Below are positions 11,525-24,143 of a stretch of DNA of 64,000 nt, one piece after another. The translations under genes and the position numbers were made by a program. Source of the stretch: Epithemia pelagica (Eukaryota; Protista; Bacillariophyta); assembly GCA_946965045.2 (NCBI GenBank), contig OX337229.1, forward strand, positions 3,658,001 to 3,722,000. The letters are read 5' to 3'. Position 1 is the first letter of the stretch. Each line of letters opens with the position of its first letter. A model generated the notes under the pieces. The model was not told the origin of the DNA, ran no database searches, and saw only the letters and a program-made list of their open reading frames with translations.

Positions 11525-14485
11525 ATGTCGTATGATTACGATGCCTTGGTGTCCAAAGCACTCGACTTTCGTCATCGCGCCATGGGTGCTACAGCGGTCG
11601 ATGACAGTGAGGAGAAGATGGATCTCAGTGGAGATGATGAACCGGAGAAAACGACCAGGATGGATGCTTTGCAAGGAGCCATGACCACGTTTGATGAGCT
11701 GTCGCAACATTGTCCCATGACACCTCGTCTTTGGATTCTATACGGTGCAACTGCGTTTCAGTTTTGTCAAGAATTGGTACTTCAAAATGATGCTATTGCT
11801 CAAGAGCAAGAACGTCCTCCATCACATCAAGATCCGACGTCCACCGCCAATAGTATGGAAACTCAAATACAAATTCTGCAGTTGGGTCTGCAGGAATTTC
11901 CAGGTTCTCTCCTTCTTCATCTCAGATATGTGTACGTGTTACAATGGTTGCGAAGGTTGACTCAATCACTTCCACAACCAGAGGGACAGGAATTGAATAT
12001 TGCATTCGAAAGAGCCATTGAATTAGTTGGTTCTGGTTCTTTTTCTGACGATGGATCATTGGTGGTATCCCACTTCTACACTCCTCTGGCCAAACTTTAT
12101 GCGTCTCAGAAAAGGGGAGATGATCTGTTCCGTCTCCTAGTCCGTGACCAGGCCAGGCGTCCAGTTCCGAATGATGAGGTTGTTTGGTTTTATCAAAAAC
12201 AGTGTAAAACCGAAGGTATATCTTTGTCCTCCCTGGGCAAGCCAGATGATCAAGTGGACCATAGCCGGCGCTTTGTAGCAAAGCTGTACAATGGAATTAT
12301 TCAGTTACAGCATTACGAAGCAGAAATCCAGTCGATATTGCATGCTAATCAGTTGTTGCCGCCATGGAATCTTATCCCAGACAATCACAATGAAGACGGA
12401 GAAACGGAAACGAATGGTGAAGATGAATTCTGGAAAGTCGTGGCAGATCGAGCAGATACATCTCCTACATTTGGAATGGGGCACGGTGGAGTTGATCTAG
12501 CAGAAAGTTTTGTCTCGCTGGCGAGAGCTCTACACAATATCCCCGAGTCGTTGAGCAGTGTAGATGACGAAATCAATGAAGACGCTGTCTGGCAACAAAT
12601 GGTTGGGGATGCGACCAAATTGTGTCTTTCAGTATATGAACGAGGTGTCGCAGAATGTCCCACAGTCGAACTAATCTGGTTGTCCTACCTGGATTACCTT
12701 GAGCTTAGGGTTGCATCACACCATAAAGAGAGCGGTGGTGACGGGGTCCAACTGTCATCATCAGAACAGTTAGTGTCCGTCGCGCAACGTGCTTGTAGAA
12801 ACTGCCCCTACAGTCTCGTCTTGGCTGAGCGACAACTCCACATTCAAGGCTTCTTGGCAGACAACAATTTTGTGATCTTGGATCCGGATAAGCTCATGAC
12901 TGAAATGGTAAAACCAGCTGTCAGTTCGAAGTTTCTACCTTCGGAGCATGCCACGGGGAAGCTTTACCTTGCTGTTTTGCGGATTATTCAACGCCGAATT
13001 TTTTCACTGGTCGTCTCGGAGGAAGCTGATTTGGACGCCTTTGATATTGCATTGGACCCATCAAAACGACATAAGCTTAAGCTCAACAACAGGACATTAC
13101 CACATGACGTGTGGACTGAAATTCAAGACCTTTGTCAGGATTGGATAGATTTGAGTAGCACAATGGAAGAAGAGTTGGCCAAATCGAATAACAAAGTATC
13201 GGCAACGACGCGTTCTGTCTTGTTCGAGCAAAGAGCGGCGTCCATGCAACATGTCATACAACCAGTGTTGCATTCTTCCTGCGTGCCAAGGACGACAGTT
13301 TCTGATGATACTGTCGACGATGACATTTTGCGGTTTTTACAGAAGGCTGTTAAGCTTCAGAATCCATGCCATCCTGATACACAGTTATCCTATATTCGTC
13401 ATTACTTCCTTGGAAAGGTGCCACCTACCAACGCTGTTGACGTGGTCATTCGACTATGCAATGTCCGATTCCTATTCCACAGCGCGGTGAGTGCAACTGC
13501 GAACATGAACAATACCAATTCGTTGTTCATTCGTGACCACCACACTGCATTCCGACAGCTAGCCGATGAGTGGATGCAGTTTGAAGACTTTTTTGGATCA
13601 CAAAAAAGTTCTTTAGAAGCAAAGAAAGTGATTCAGAAGAAACTCGGGAAATTTCATGCCGATGCAGACCGAGGTAAGAAATCATCCGGCAAACTAGTCA
13701 CAAGTAGTGTTAACGTCCATACAAAAGTGGAAAAGCAGTTCAGTTCTAAGAAAGCGGAAATGACATTGCCAGAAGATAACCCTTCAGAGGTGGAGGTTTC
13801 CAGGGAAGGAATCACTGCAGACGTTACCACTGACATTATCGAACAACATCGGCCTGCTAAGAAAGCTCGCGTATCTCTTGGGAATCAAATAAGAGAAGCC
13901 GAGATCGATGGTAAGCATGTTGAAAGTGGTTTGACTTCAATTGCGGAAGATTCAAAATTTTCCGTTGATTTGAAAACAGTCAATGTCGTCAAGGTGGGAA
14001 ACCTCGTATTTCCCGCTCATCCTTTCACAGTTCGCGTATCTAATCTCGCAGAGGGAGTCCAAGATATGGACTTGGTCGATCTTTTCCAATCATCGAAAAC
14101 CGGGTGTGGGCGTTTGGTGCATGCACGAGTTGTCCGAGAAAAGAAAGGAAAATCGAAAGGGTGGGCTTTGGTACAGTTCGAGGAGAGAGATGGAGTGGAC
14201 AAAGCCTTGGAATTGGACGGGAGAGTGGGACTTCACGAACGAATAATCTCTGTGCAAAGATCGCACACTCCTGCTGTCCCAAGTATCGTTCCTCCTGGCA
14301 TGCATCGCGTGAAGCCACAAGGACAGGGCAAATTCACAAAACGCAACGAGAAAAAGAAAACTATAAAGCATGAAAACCATGTAGTCTCTCTTCCGAATGA
14401 GGAGTCGACTGGAGATCAAAGGAAACAACAGAACTTTGCGACACTAGGTTTAATTCCACGCGGCATCCGGAAGTCGCGCAATTAA
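11525..14485 (+). CDS. SART3/Prp24-like U4/U6 recycling factor (HAT repeats + RRM)
   Basis: HAT-type segments (YERGVAECPTVELIWLSYLDYL, RACRNCPYS), a C-terminal RRM (TVRVSNL...KSKGWALVQF) and an LIPR-type tail. Confidence 0.8.
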   Translation: MSYDYDALVSKALDFRHRAMGATAVDDSEEKMDLSGDDEPEKTTRMDALQGAMTTFDELSQHCPMTPRLWILYGATAFQFCQELVLQNDAIAQEQERPPSHQDPTSTANSMETQIQILQLGLQEFPGSLLLHLRYVYVLQWLRRLTQSLPQPEGQELNIAFERAIELVGSGSFSDDGSLVVSHFYTPLAKLYASQKRGDDLFRLLVRDQARRPVPNDEVVWFYQKQCKTEGISLSSLGKPDDQVDHSRRFVAKLYNGIIQLQHYEAEIQSILHANQLLPPWNLIPDNHNEDGETETNGEDEFWKVVADRADTSPTFGMGHGGVDLAESFVSLARALHNIPESLSSVDDEINEDAVWQQMVGDATKLCLSVYERGVAECPTVELIWLSYLDYLELRVASHHKESGGDGVQLSSSEQLVSVAQRACRNCPYSLVLAERQLHIQGFLADNNFVILDPDKLMTEMVKPAVSSKFLPSEHATGKLYLAVLRIIQRRIFSLVVSEEADLDAFDIALDPSKRHKLKLNNRTLPHDVWTEIQDLCQDWIDLSSTMEEELAKSNNKVSATTRSVLFEQRAASMQHVIQPVLHSSCVPRTTVSDDTVDDDILRFLQKAVKLQNPCHPDTQLSYIRHYFLGKVPPTNAVDVVIRLCNVRFLFHSAVSATANMNNTNSLFIRDHHTAFRQLADEWMQFEDFFGSQKSSLEAKKVIQKKLGKFHADADRGKKSSGKLVTSSVNVHTKVEKQFSSKKAEMTLPEDNPSEVEVSREGITADVTTDIIEQHRPAKKARVSLGNQIREAEIDGKHVESGLTSIAEDSKFSVDLKTVNVVKVGNLVFPAHPFTVRVSNLAEGVQDMDLVDLFQSSKTGCGRLVHARVVREKKGKSKGWALVQFEERDGVDKALELDGRVGLHERIISVQRSHTPAVPSIVPPGMHRVKPQGQGKFTKRNEKKKTIKHENHVVSLPNEESTGDQRKQQNFATLGLIPRGIRKSRN

Positions 14486-14594
14486 AGATGAATTGCAGTC
14501 GGCACAAAGGAAAGCGAGAGAGATCTGGATACAATGCGCATTGATCGACCCACGAGCTTCGTCTCCAGCAGAAAAAACCATTGGTGGCCAGGGG

Positions 14595-17500
14595 TCAACC
14601 TCCACCGCGACCTTGGATTGCAGCCTGTGGAAAAAGCATTTGAGTTATCAGAAGTGACGATTTATACTCTATCAAGCGACCTCAGGACTCACCAGCAATC
14701 CGCCCCTTCCACCCCCACCACCTCCATCTCCTCCACCTCGTCCTTGAATGGCAGCCTTTAACACCATATAAAGTGAGAAACAGATCTCTGGGTTTAGAAT
14801 ACTAAAAAAACGAAGACGAAAATAAACTCACGAGAAGGCCACCACGTCCTCCGCCTCCGCCATCACCTCCATCTCCGCCCCTTCCTCTACCTCTTCCACG
14901 GGCGCCCGAAATGGCATCTGGAAAACACATAAACAAGATGAATTGAGTACCAATGTGTGTCCGATTTGCTGGCGTGAAGTTTCTCTAGTAGTAAGTATCT
15001 TACCAAGGAGGCCTCCGCGGCCACCCCCTCGCCCACCTCTGCCTTTACCTTGGATGGCATCTGTATTAGTCACAATAACAGTAAGTAAAAGATCTACTTT
15101 TCAGCAAAATGACCACAAAATGCGTAGCTTACCGAGCAAGCCTCCGCGACCACCGGAATCGCGGCCACGACCTCGGCCCCCACTGATCGCATCTGCGTAA
15201 TCAAAAGTGCATTTCAAGGCGAAAACCTGGGTTAGGTAAAGAAATGGAATCTCCTGCAAGTAAAGTTTCTTACTTACCAAGCAAGCCGCCACGGCCACCA
15301 CGCCCCCCGGGAGGTCCTGTCGGTGCTGCTTCAGCCGCAGGTGCCTCTTCCTCCTTCGGTTTCATCTTCTCCTCGACTTCCTTCTTCAGGTCTTCCACCT
15401 TCTTCAGTTTCCTGGAGCGTTCGGGTCGCTGAACACCAAGTTTTGCGAAGAGATCCGTGTTCTTGCCGTGCAGCTCGGAAAGCATTCCTTCCAGCAACTC
15501 AATTGTCTTCTCGATACGAGTGTCCTTCGAACCGCTATCCTTCATGCGTTTTCTGATGAATGCAAAGAATTCGTTTGCAGCTTCATACACTTCGTCGGCC
15601 AAACCAGCCTCGACAGAACTACGGATATCCTCAGCGTCACCACCTGCTTTCTTTTTGCCCGACACCTGCATACCTGATCGCTGGGCGAAGTCTAAAGTGG
15701 AAAGCTTCAGTTCATTAATAGCATCCGTGAAGTTGGCAACCTCCTTCTTTGTGTCAGCGTCAGTCATATTATCGCCCTTATCAATCACAACCTCGAGCCA
15801 TTTCATCACGTGGTTCTCCATACGATCCATGGCTTCATCCATGGCCTCACAACTTCCATTGGCTTTCGACACTTGCAGCAATTTGCCTTTGTAATGCTTC
15901 TTCAGAAGATCCGCACGCTCGTTCGCTTTCTTCTCTCTGGCTAATTCTAATGCTTCTTGCATTGCCTTGGCTCCTGGGTCATCCGCGTCGGCTTTCTTTA
16001 CGTCCGATACTTCGAACTCTGCTTCGTCCGTATAGCCATAATCTCCATCGTAGTCAATAATTTTATCGGCTTTGATCGGACACTGTTTTCCCAGAAGGGG
16101 GCATCCCTGGTGGTTCTCTGGTGGGCCATACTGCTCTATATGTCTCTCATAGGGTGCAAGGTTCTCCTTGAAATTGTTTTTCATCATCTGGTACCAGGTC
16201 CATTTTCGCTCCGTCATTTTCTCAGATTTGTTCTTCTCCCACTTTGGTCCAAGTGGCTTTAAGTGGTGGTACAGCGCGCGCCGCTCTGTTAATGTCAAGC
16301 CGGTGACTCGCATGTTCTCCAGTGTCGACGGATGCATTCGTTCCAAGTCGTCAGGGTTTATTCGGAGACATTGTAGAACGTTTGTACGCTTGAACTTCTT
16401 TGCAATCGCCTTTGGCAAGAACTTTCCGTTTGGTGAGGGGTTGTTGGTGAGATCGGCTTCGCTCATGTGACGAATCTTGACAGGCATGTGTCGCCTTATT
16501 TTCTTAACAGCTTCGAGATTACCCGGAGCGTTGTCGTCTTCCCATTTTTTCTCAAGTCTGTCTTGTTCTGCTTGATACTCTTCCGTTAACATTAACGCAG
16601 TGTTGTACCTTTCCATCTGTTGCTCCAGTTTGAAGTACTCTTCACGAAGCCTGTTTTGTTCCTCCTTATCCGCAACTGTCACATCACTTCCGCCGATTTC
16701 TCCCATTCTCTTGGCTATCTCCTCCACCTTCAACTTAGCTTCAGAATAGTCGATATCCTCGGCAATCGCAACACCTGCTTGAGCAAGTTGCTTCTCCAGT
16801 TTCTTTTGTCGTTTTTCGGCTTCTTGTAGTCTGTTCAGAAGAAGCTCCATGTCACCTGCTTGCAACTTGTTCAGAAGCGCTTTCATATCCATGTCCCCTA
16901 GAGCAGATACAGCTCGAGCGGCATCAGCCAGTTTGGAATCGACGACCTCTTGGCCATCTGAGATTTCCGAATACTTCTTCGATGGATCCATGGCTTGACC
17001 TGGGTTCCCAGCTGGCACTTCAACCTCAAACATACCCTCAGGCTTCGCCTCTCCACCACTGCCGTTGGCATGATTCAATACAAAACTAGATGCTTCTCCT
17101 TTCTCCTGTTTTTCTTTTACCATCTTTTCAAGCTCTTCTTTGCTCTGACCCGTGGCATTTGCTATCTCATCCAACGACATGAGTTTTTTCACACCTTTGC
17201 CCCCCTCACCGTCACCAACGCTGACGGTGAATTTGTCTTCGGGACTAGCCTTTAACTCTGCCGCTGTCGCAACAGGAGGTGCTGGTGCACTATCATCAGA
17301 CACCACGACAACGTAGGCCGCTCCACCAGGTTGTGTAGGAGTAGCTGCAGCTTGAGCAGGGCCCAAAGCTGGAGTCACCGGAGAAGGTGAACCGAGCACC
17401 GCAGCAACTATCGTTGCATCCACGCCGTCTTGTTCCATCTTATGATTTACAGCATCTTGCGGCATGCCCATTTTCAACATTTTTCGATACTTGGAGGCCG

Positions 17501-20500
17501 TTTCTTCTTGCTCACCTGACAACTGAACTGTTTGGTTGGTCTGGGGTACGGGTTCCGCTGAGGCAGGTGCACTTTGACTACTTCCAAGTACAGCATCTAT
17601 GATAGAAGAACTCACTCCCTCTTGTGTCATTTTTTGCTTGACAGCATCCTCTGGAAGTCCCATCTTAAGCATTTTGCGAAACCTAAATGCGACCTCTTCG
17701 TCTTCAGGCGACAATGTTGATGGTTTTGACATAACAAGCATTGACGTCAGTGAAGAAGAAGAAAACGTACGTCCTTGACCTCGTTCTGCTGGCGCGTTAA
17801 AAACTGCCGACATAACTTTTTCGCTGACACCCTCACTGGCCATCTTGTGCTTCACAGCATCAGGGGGGAGACCCATGCCCAACATTTTCCGGAATCTAAC
17901 TGCCACAACTTCTTCATCTTCCGTGAGAGAGGATTGGTCCTTGGGCGAGGTTGTAGAAGAAGAATCTGGCGCACGAGAAGATTGCGACTCTTCGTGAAAA
18001 ACTGCTGTGATTATTTTGGAGTCGATTCCTTCAACGACCATCTTGTGTTTGACCGCGTCGCCCGGAAGGCCCATACTCAACATCTTGCGGAATCTACTAG
18101 CCGTTGCCTCTTCCTCGTCAGATAATTTCGCTGGGTCACTGGTTTCAGTCGTCGATGGTGAAGGAGCAACTACTTCACCACCAACGACTGCTGTGATGAC
18201 TCTCTGACTGAGTCCCTCGGCTACCATCTTCTGGCGGACGGCATCTTCTGGGAGACCCATTTTGAGCATCTTTCGAAACTTTCCTGCTGCCTCCTCCTCC
18301 TCACCCGACAGTGTGGATGCTGCAGATGTTGCAGCGTTTGCGGCAGTCCCGGAGACTTCGCGATTTAGAACGGAATGAATGATAAGAGGACCGACTCCAT
18401 CCTGGACCATCTTATGCTTAACTGCGTCATCAGGTAATCCCATCGTGAGCATCTTTCTGTATGTCTCCGCAATTTTCTCATCTTCTGCAGATAGGTTAGA
18501 TACAGGGCCAACAGGACCGTTGTCTTGAGCGACAGGGCTCTTTCCCGCTACTGAGGCGGAACCAGATCCTGGTTTGCGGACCCGCCGGACGAGTTTGCCA
18601 TCCGCCCGTCGATAAACCTCTCCTTCTTGTGCTTGTGATGAGGTCGAGGTCCCTTCCCGTGTCTTTCTGATCCGTCGAACTTTCTTACCATCAGCACGGA
18701 TTACAATTTCACCTTCCGGGGTCGATTTGATGACACGGTCTCCAGCAACGGTAGCCGCTTCATTAACAGAACCATCAGAACCCAGCGCTCTAGATTTTGG
18801 CCTTCCATCGAGGAGGGCAGACAAAGTCCGGCCACCATCGGACTGGCCAAGAGACTTCTTTGGAGAAGATTCATGAGAAGACGGGAGTGTGACAGAGCTG
18901 GACGACGAAGCAGCTCTTCCTGATGGTGTCCGCCGAACCCGTCGGACCTTTTTGCCATCTGGTCGAATGTAAATTTCACCGTCTTGCGTGGGGGTCGATC
19001 CAGACACGGACGCGCCTCCATATTTGGGTGCTCCTGGGTTATTTCCAGGCTTGTCCAAGAATCCTGCCAGATCACCTGCGGGCGATTGTGCTGTCCCGCT
19101 AGTCGTCCGTCGAACTCGACGAACCTTTTTACCATTTTTGTTGATATACACCTCACCCTCCTCCGGTTTCTTTGACGACGATGATGAAGGAGTGGAAGTT
19201 GCACCAGTGACGGTGGCGGCTCCGCTCAACTTGGGACCATCACTAGATGACTTGGACAGGAAGGATCCCAAACCAGCAGATCCACCGTCGTTGTTTGCTT
19301 TGCTTGACGTTGTTCTTCTTACTCTTCTTACCTTCTTTCCGTCAGCACGAATGTATATTTCTCCCTCGCCAGCTGCACTACTATTGCTGCTTGCGTTGCG
19401 CCCGTCGCCAGCTACCGTTGCGGAACCACTCTTCTTTGACCCACCCGAGCTGCCGTTTCCCAAAAAGTTGGAAAGTGAAGATTGCTTGCCTTGAGATGGG
19501 GCGGCCTCCTTTGTCGGAGCCATTTCCCTGCTCGCCCCAGTGTCGCCCGAAGCGGATACTGAGGAGGAAGAAGACTTCCGCACGCGGCGCACTTTCTTGC
19601 CGTCTGCCCGAATATACACATCGCCTTGAGTGGCGGGGGTGGAACCGGCAACGGAAGCGCTTGCCAATCTACTTGGTTTTGTGGGGCTTCTGTCCCTACT
19701 TTCCAAGAATCCCCCTAGGCCACCCTGAGACTTTTGAGGAGAAGCAGGGCCACCCAGGCCACCCAATCCACCAAGGGACTTTTGAGGAGAAGCAGGTCGC
19801 TGTTCACCAAGTTTGGAAGACGAGTTTGACCTCGACACGGATTTGACCGGGGAGTCCATGTCTAATGAAGACGAGGTCCCTGTTAGCTTTGACCGTGAAG
19901 GAGATTTTGTTAGCTTTGATGATGATGGAATCCTTGTCATTTTCGAAGGTGATTGAGATCTCTTTGATGGTGATGAGGACCTCGATCTACCAGACCTGGC
20001 AGACTCCCCACCTACTGAATCTCCTGACATTGATCGTCTCATCATCTCCCCCCCGACGGAAGCAGACGACTTACGTACACGCCTTACTTTTTTGCCATCT
20101 TTGTTGGTATAAACGTCGCTATCCTTCGATTTGGCTGACACACCCGATGCCGAACGTCCTGAAACACTATGACTGGTTCTTCGACTTTCTCCTCCACTTT
20201 GGCGGTTAAGGAAACTCCCCAAGTCTTTCTTCTTTGATTTAGACGGCGAAGCAGGTGAAGACGGTGACGGTGCCTGTTCACTTGGTGGATTCCCGGCTTG
20301 AGAGGACTCCGAAACAAGTGCACCAACACTTCCAGAAGAAGACCGGCCAACCTTGCGAACTCGTCGGACCTTCTTTCCATCGGGGCGAATGTATATTTCA
20401 CCATCCTGCTGAGAGGAATTCGAGGAAACTCGGTCTCCAGCAACAGTTGCAGAACCACTTTTCCTTGGACTAGCAGAACCCGATCCCAGAAAATTTCCAA

Positions 20501-20768
20501 GACTGCTCTTTTTCCCAGTGTCAACAGAAGCCAAGCTATTCGATGATGTGTTCTTCTTCACTCCTCTTGTTTTTTCAGCTGATTTCCCTTCCGCTGTCAA
20601 ACTTCTATCACTTGGAGTCCGCTTCACAACTTTTTTCACGCGCCGAACCTTCTTCCCGTCCGCACGGATGTATACTTCACCTTCCGGTGTGTTGCCTCCA
20701 ACCGTCGCCGCAGATGTTTGCCTGGCACCAGAGGATTTCGTGTCAAGAAATGATCCCAGATCAGACAT
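14595..20768 (-). CDS. Giant multi-repeat protein, probably actin-associated (exons 20768-15278, 15192-15133, 15060-15004, 14917-14832, 14755-14693, 14624-14595)
   Basis: Nine G(E/D)xYIRxDGKKVRRV(R/K) repeats and six (F/Y)RKMLxMG(L/M)PxDAVxxKMxx(E/D)G repeats (CCDC53/WASHC3 C-terminal-like). A coiled-coil/helical region follows, then five GGRGGLL(D/A)AI(S/Q)G repeats built from GT-AG mini-exons, ending in TGA at 14595-14597. Confidence 0.85.
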
Positions 20769-21568
20769 GACTGGAAACCGATTGTACAAGAATCAAGTTT
20801 GACCAAGCAGTGAATGATACGAATACGCGGTGGTCAGCTTTCCGCTAAGATCCAGAAACCTGACGAATGAGCAAAGGTTTCGAAAGACCTTCGTAGACTG
20901 GTGACCCGAACCTCTTAACACGGATACAGCCCAGTTACAGAGAAGTGTTGTCGAAAATGCCTGACAATGGACGAGGGGTCTCCGTTGGCATTCACCTCTT
21001 GCTCTCCAGTCTTTTCCTCCAGCAAATCCGAGTTGAAAGATGAGATAAGAGTTTAAGAGACCGCTCTAATGACACAACAAAAACCCGAAAAGGTCATTTT
21101 ATAGTCGAATTCCATTTGCTCCACAGTTCAATTGGAGAAGAATGGAATCCTCGGGGTTGATCTTGGTCTTACGCGAGGCGAATGGGAGCTCCTTGGGAGC
21201 AAAGGAGAAGGCAACTTTGAAATTTAAATATATGCGCCACGACCGAAACATCACAAATGAATCACGGGCAACTCCTACCCTCTCTATTGTAGACCTAGAG
21301 ACCTAGCTCTAGAGATGCGATGACTCGAAGATAAACGTGCGCTTGAAAGACAAACACTTGTTCAATAGTCGTAGCAAACTCTAATGGAATTAGACCCATT
21401 CCGCTGCTCCAAGTGCATTAACAGACAGACCATACATTCATCGATTCATGATTCTAATAGCCATGCTGTCAAACTCATGACGAAGCACAAAGACAGAATA
21501 ATATACGCTAGCGCTAGCTATACAATGTTTCTCGTAAAACCGAGAAGTACGTCTTCCACATTTTGGTT

Positions 21569-23497
21569 TCAGACGATATCTCCAACAATGGCAATTGTTA
21601 TCGATATAACCGCAAAGACAAGGAGTGCTTGCAGAGCTCGCACCTGGTTTTGAGTCGAGTTCAACGAAAAACGGCCATATACAGCAATAGAGCCCGGAGC
21701 TGTCGATCGCTTAACCACGTAGAGTGCCAATGCCAATGGAAGAATAAAGGCGACCAAGCTGGTGAAAAGAATTCCACCCCATGACAACAGACGAGTGATA
21801 AACTTGCCGTTGTACAGAAACCCTTCACAAAGAGCCGACATTGTTAGCATCTACAGGAAAGGGAATCATCAATCGATGGCTTGGCATTACTTACAAGAAA
21901 TGCCAAAAGGAAAGTAGACCGCAAAGACGTTGCTCGTGAATCGAGAACACAACGGTTGCTGATAGAGGCCACCCGTGCCGATCAGATTCAGTCTGGCCCA
22001 TACTGAGAACAGAGGAATCCCCAAGCCAATAATGAAGAAGGCAAAAACACAAGCGCCGAGTTGTATGAGCACACCACCCGCTCCCGACATGAGAGATGCC
22101 AGCATATTACTCGACACATGCGGCATGGCAAGACGCCCCAACACTCCAATGGCAATGTACAAAAATGTGGAAAAATAGCTGCTCCCGTAAACAACAATGG
22201 GAACGTCCACATGCGGCTGACGTTCATAGAGCCATGCTGGTACTGCGATTACCAGTGCGTAATTAAATAGGACAACACCGAACAGATTTTCCCACTTGTG
22301 TCCCCACCAAAACTCTGAGCTATTCCAAACAAACCTCGAGTGGTCGTCAACATTCATATCAGCCGTTGAGGAAGCAGATTGGTCTGAAGTCACAGCAGAA
22401 CTATATTCAGAGAATGGTTCATTTGAGGTCCATATCATGATCGCAAACTGGATGAGGAACTGTAAGGATGTTAACAGGAGAACCAGGAAGGCCAAGATCT
22501 GCCATGCCGCATTTTCCTTCAGATCATTAAGGGCAAGAGGCAAGAATCCAATCGTTGTAAGAAGTGTTCCCATGGTCAACAGAATGACATTATCCTCGTG
22601 AAGAACACCGGAAAAGGGAAGACAACGACCGACTCTCAAGTTCTCAGGCGGACATTGCAATGAGTTCCAAGAAATCCACTCTGACCCGTTCCCAACCTTC
22701 AGGGCAACAGTACCAACTGTATGGCCCAGAATTGTATCAACAACTTGAGCAGTGTCGACAATAGAGCTGATGTTGAGACAAGTAATGCAAGCCCAGAACA
22801 GAAAATGAGAAACATAAAACCACGGTCGGCGTCCCCAGTAGTAAGAGAACGCAGAGCTGAACTCCACCTCACTTTTAAAATCATGATTATAGAGCACTCT
22901 AGGCGGGGCTGAAGAATCTGTGTTTTGCCTGGATGACGGAATCTTGGAGATGGAGTCAGCCATGTGAAGAGAACAAAATGCCGATAAAAAGCAAACGAAA
23001 ACAAGAGTGAACGTCGTTGGTATTATGCCACTTTCTGCAAAGGCAGCTGGGAGTTCAAGCATTGCTGGCCCGGTCAGTGAATTGACCTGTGGGAACCAAA
23101 AGTGGGTAAAATGAGTCGGGTCTTGCCTCAAGGACAGGTCTCAAAAGGTCAAAGAAAAAGAACTCGTCATTGTACTCACGGCTATGGCATAACTTCCCAA
23201 GTAACCAATCGATCCTGTGTGTTCCGCAACCACATCGCTCATTCTCCTGGAGAGCTGACGAAACGATTGTGACAGATTTCTGATCGATCTCTTGATGTGT
23301 CCATCGCTGTTATCATGGTTGCTGCCGTTGTAGTTCAACAGACAATTTTCTCTTGCCGTCGGAATGCTATCCTCTTCTATCCGTAGAGAGGCGTCGAGGA
23401 GAGGAGTGGATTCCACATCACGTAACCCTTCCAGTTCAGTACTGTGGCTACCATTCGTTGGAGATTGACTTTTGATCCATGGAAATGCCATGTCCAT
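21569..23497 (-). CDS. Amino acid permease, Aa_trans/AAAP family (exons 23497-23180, 23086-21895, 21822-21569)
   Basis: GSIGYLGSYAIAVNSLTGPAMLELP N-terminal signature, many TM helices, FGVVLFNYALVIAVPAW. Splicing restores GISW-FLY. Confidence 0.82.
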
Positions 23498-24143
23498 GGT
23501 ATAGCGTTGGAGATAGGGCACCTTTTGTTCTTTTCGTCGCCTTCGAGTTTTTTTGAGTGGTGAGTGGCGAGCTGTTAACGCAGCTTTTTCTCGCACTTCA
23601 GTCATCTTTTAGAAGGGATTAGTCCCGTTGGAAGGAGCTTGACCTTGAGTCACTAATTCACCGTCATGACCGACCGGGCATCGAGAAATGTCGAGAACGG
23701 AGTTCTGTGCGTGAAGCTGCGAAGTTCGAAGCATCACGTTCATTCTCTCCTACATTTGTTTTCTGTGCAATCAGGGCGGAGGAGAACGGGGAAAGTACAT
23801 TGGGTGTTTCATTACGAGGATAGGCGTCTACGTGGTCCCCTAGATTTTTTCCAAGAGGGTCGCAGAGTCAAAGGAGCCCAGGTAAGAAATGACTGATAGG
23901 AGATGTGCTTAACAGAGGTGATTCGGAACCGATTCATTCCTTCGCGATTGCAGATGTCTTTGCCCTTGTGGTTCCGTGCTACCAATGAGAGAGGAACTGG
24001 CCAATTGTTATCGCTCTTGTCAAGGTGGTCTGAACAGTGAGCCAGGGGAGCTTTTGCATATGTTGCTTCGAAGACAAGACCGTGTTGATTCTCGATTGAC
24101 TCCTTTTTCTCTTTCCCCTTTGCCTAATCCTGACAACAGAACA

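Noticed and set aside
15270-15278. TAA at 15270-15272 as the true stop of the 1839-aa ORF
   Set aside because: It lies inside a GTAAGT donor, and five in-frame downstream exons continue the repeat.
21823-21894. Exon starting at ATG 21850 after the nearest CTGTAG acceptor
   Set aside because: It gives a phase clash and an immediate stop. The AAG acceptor at 21823 restores GISW-FLYNG.
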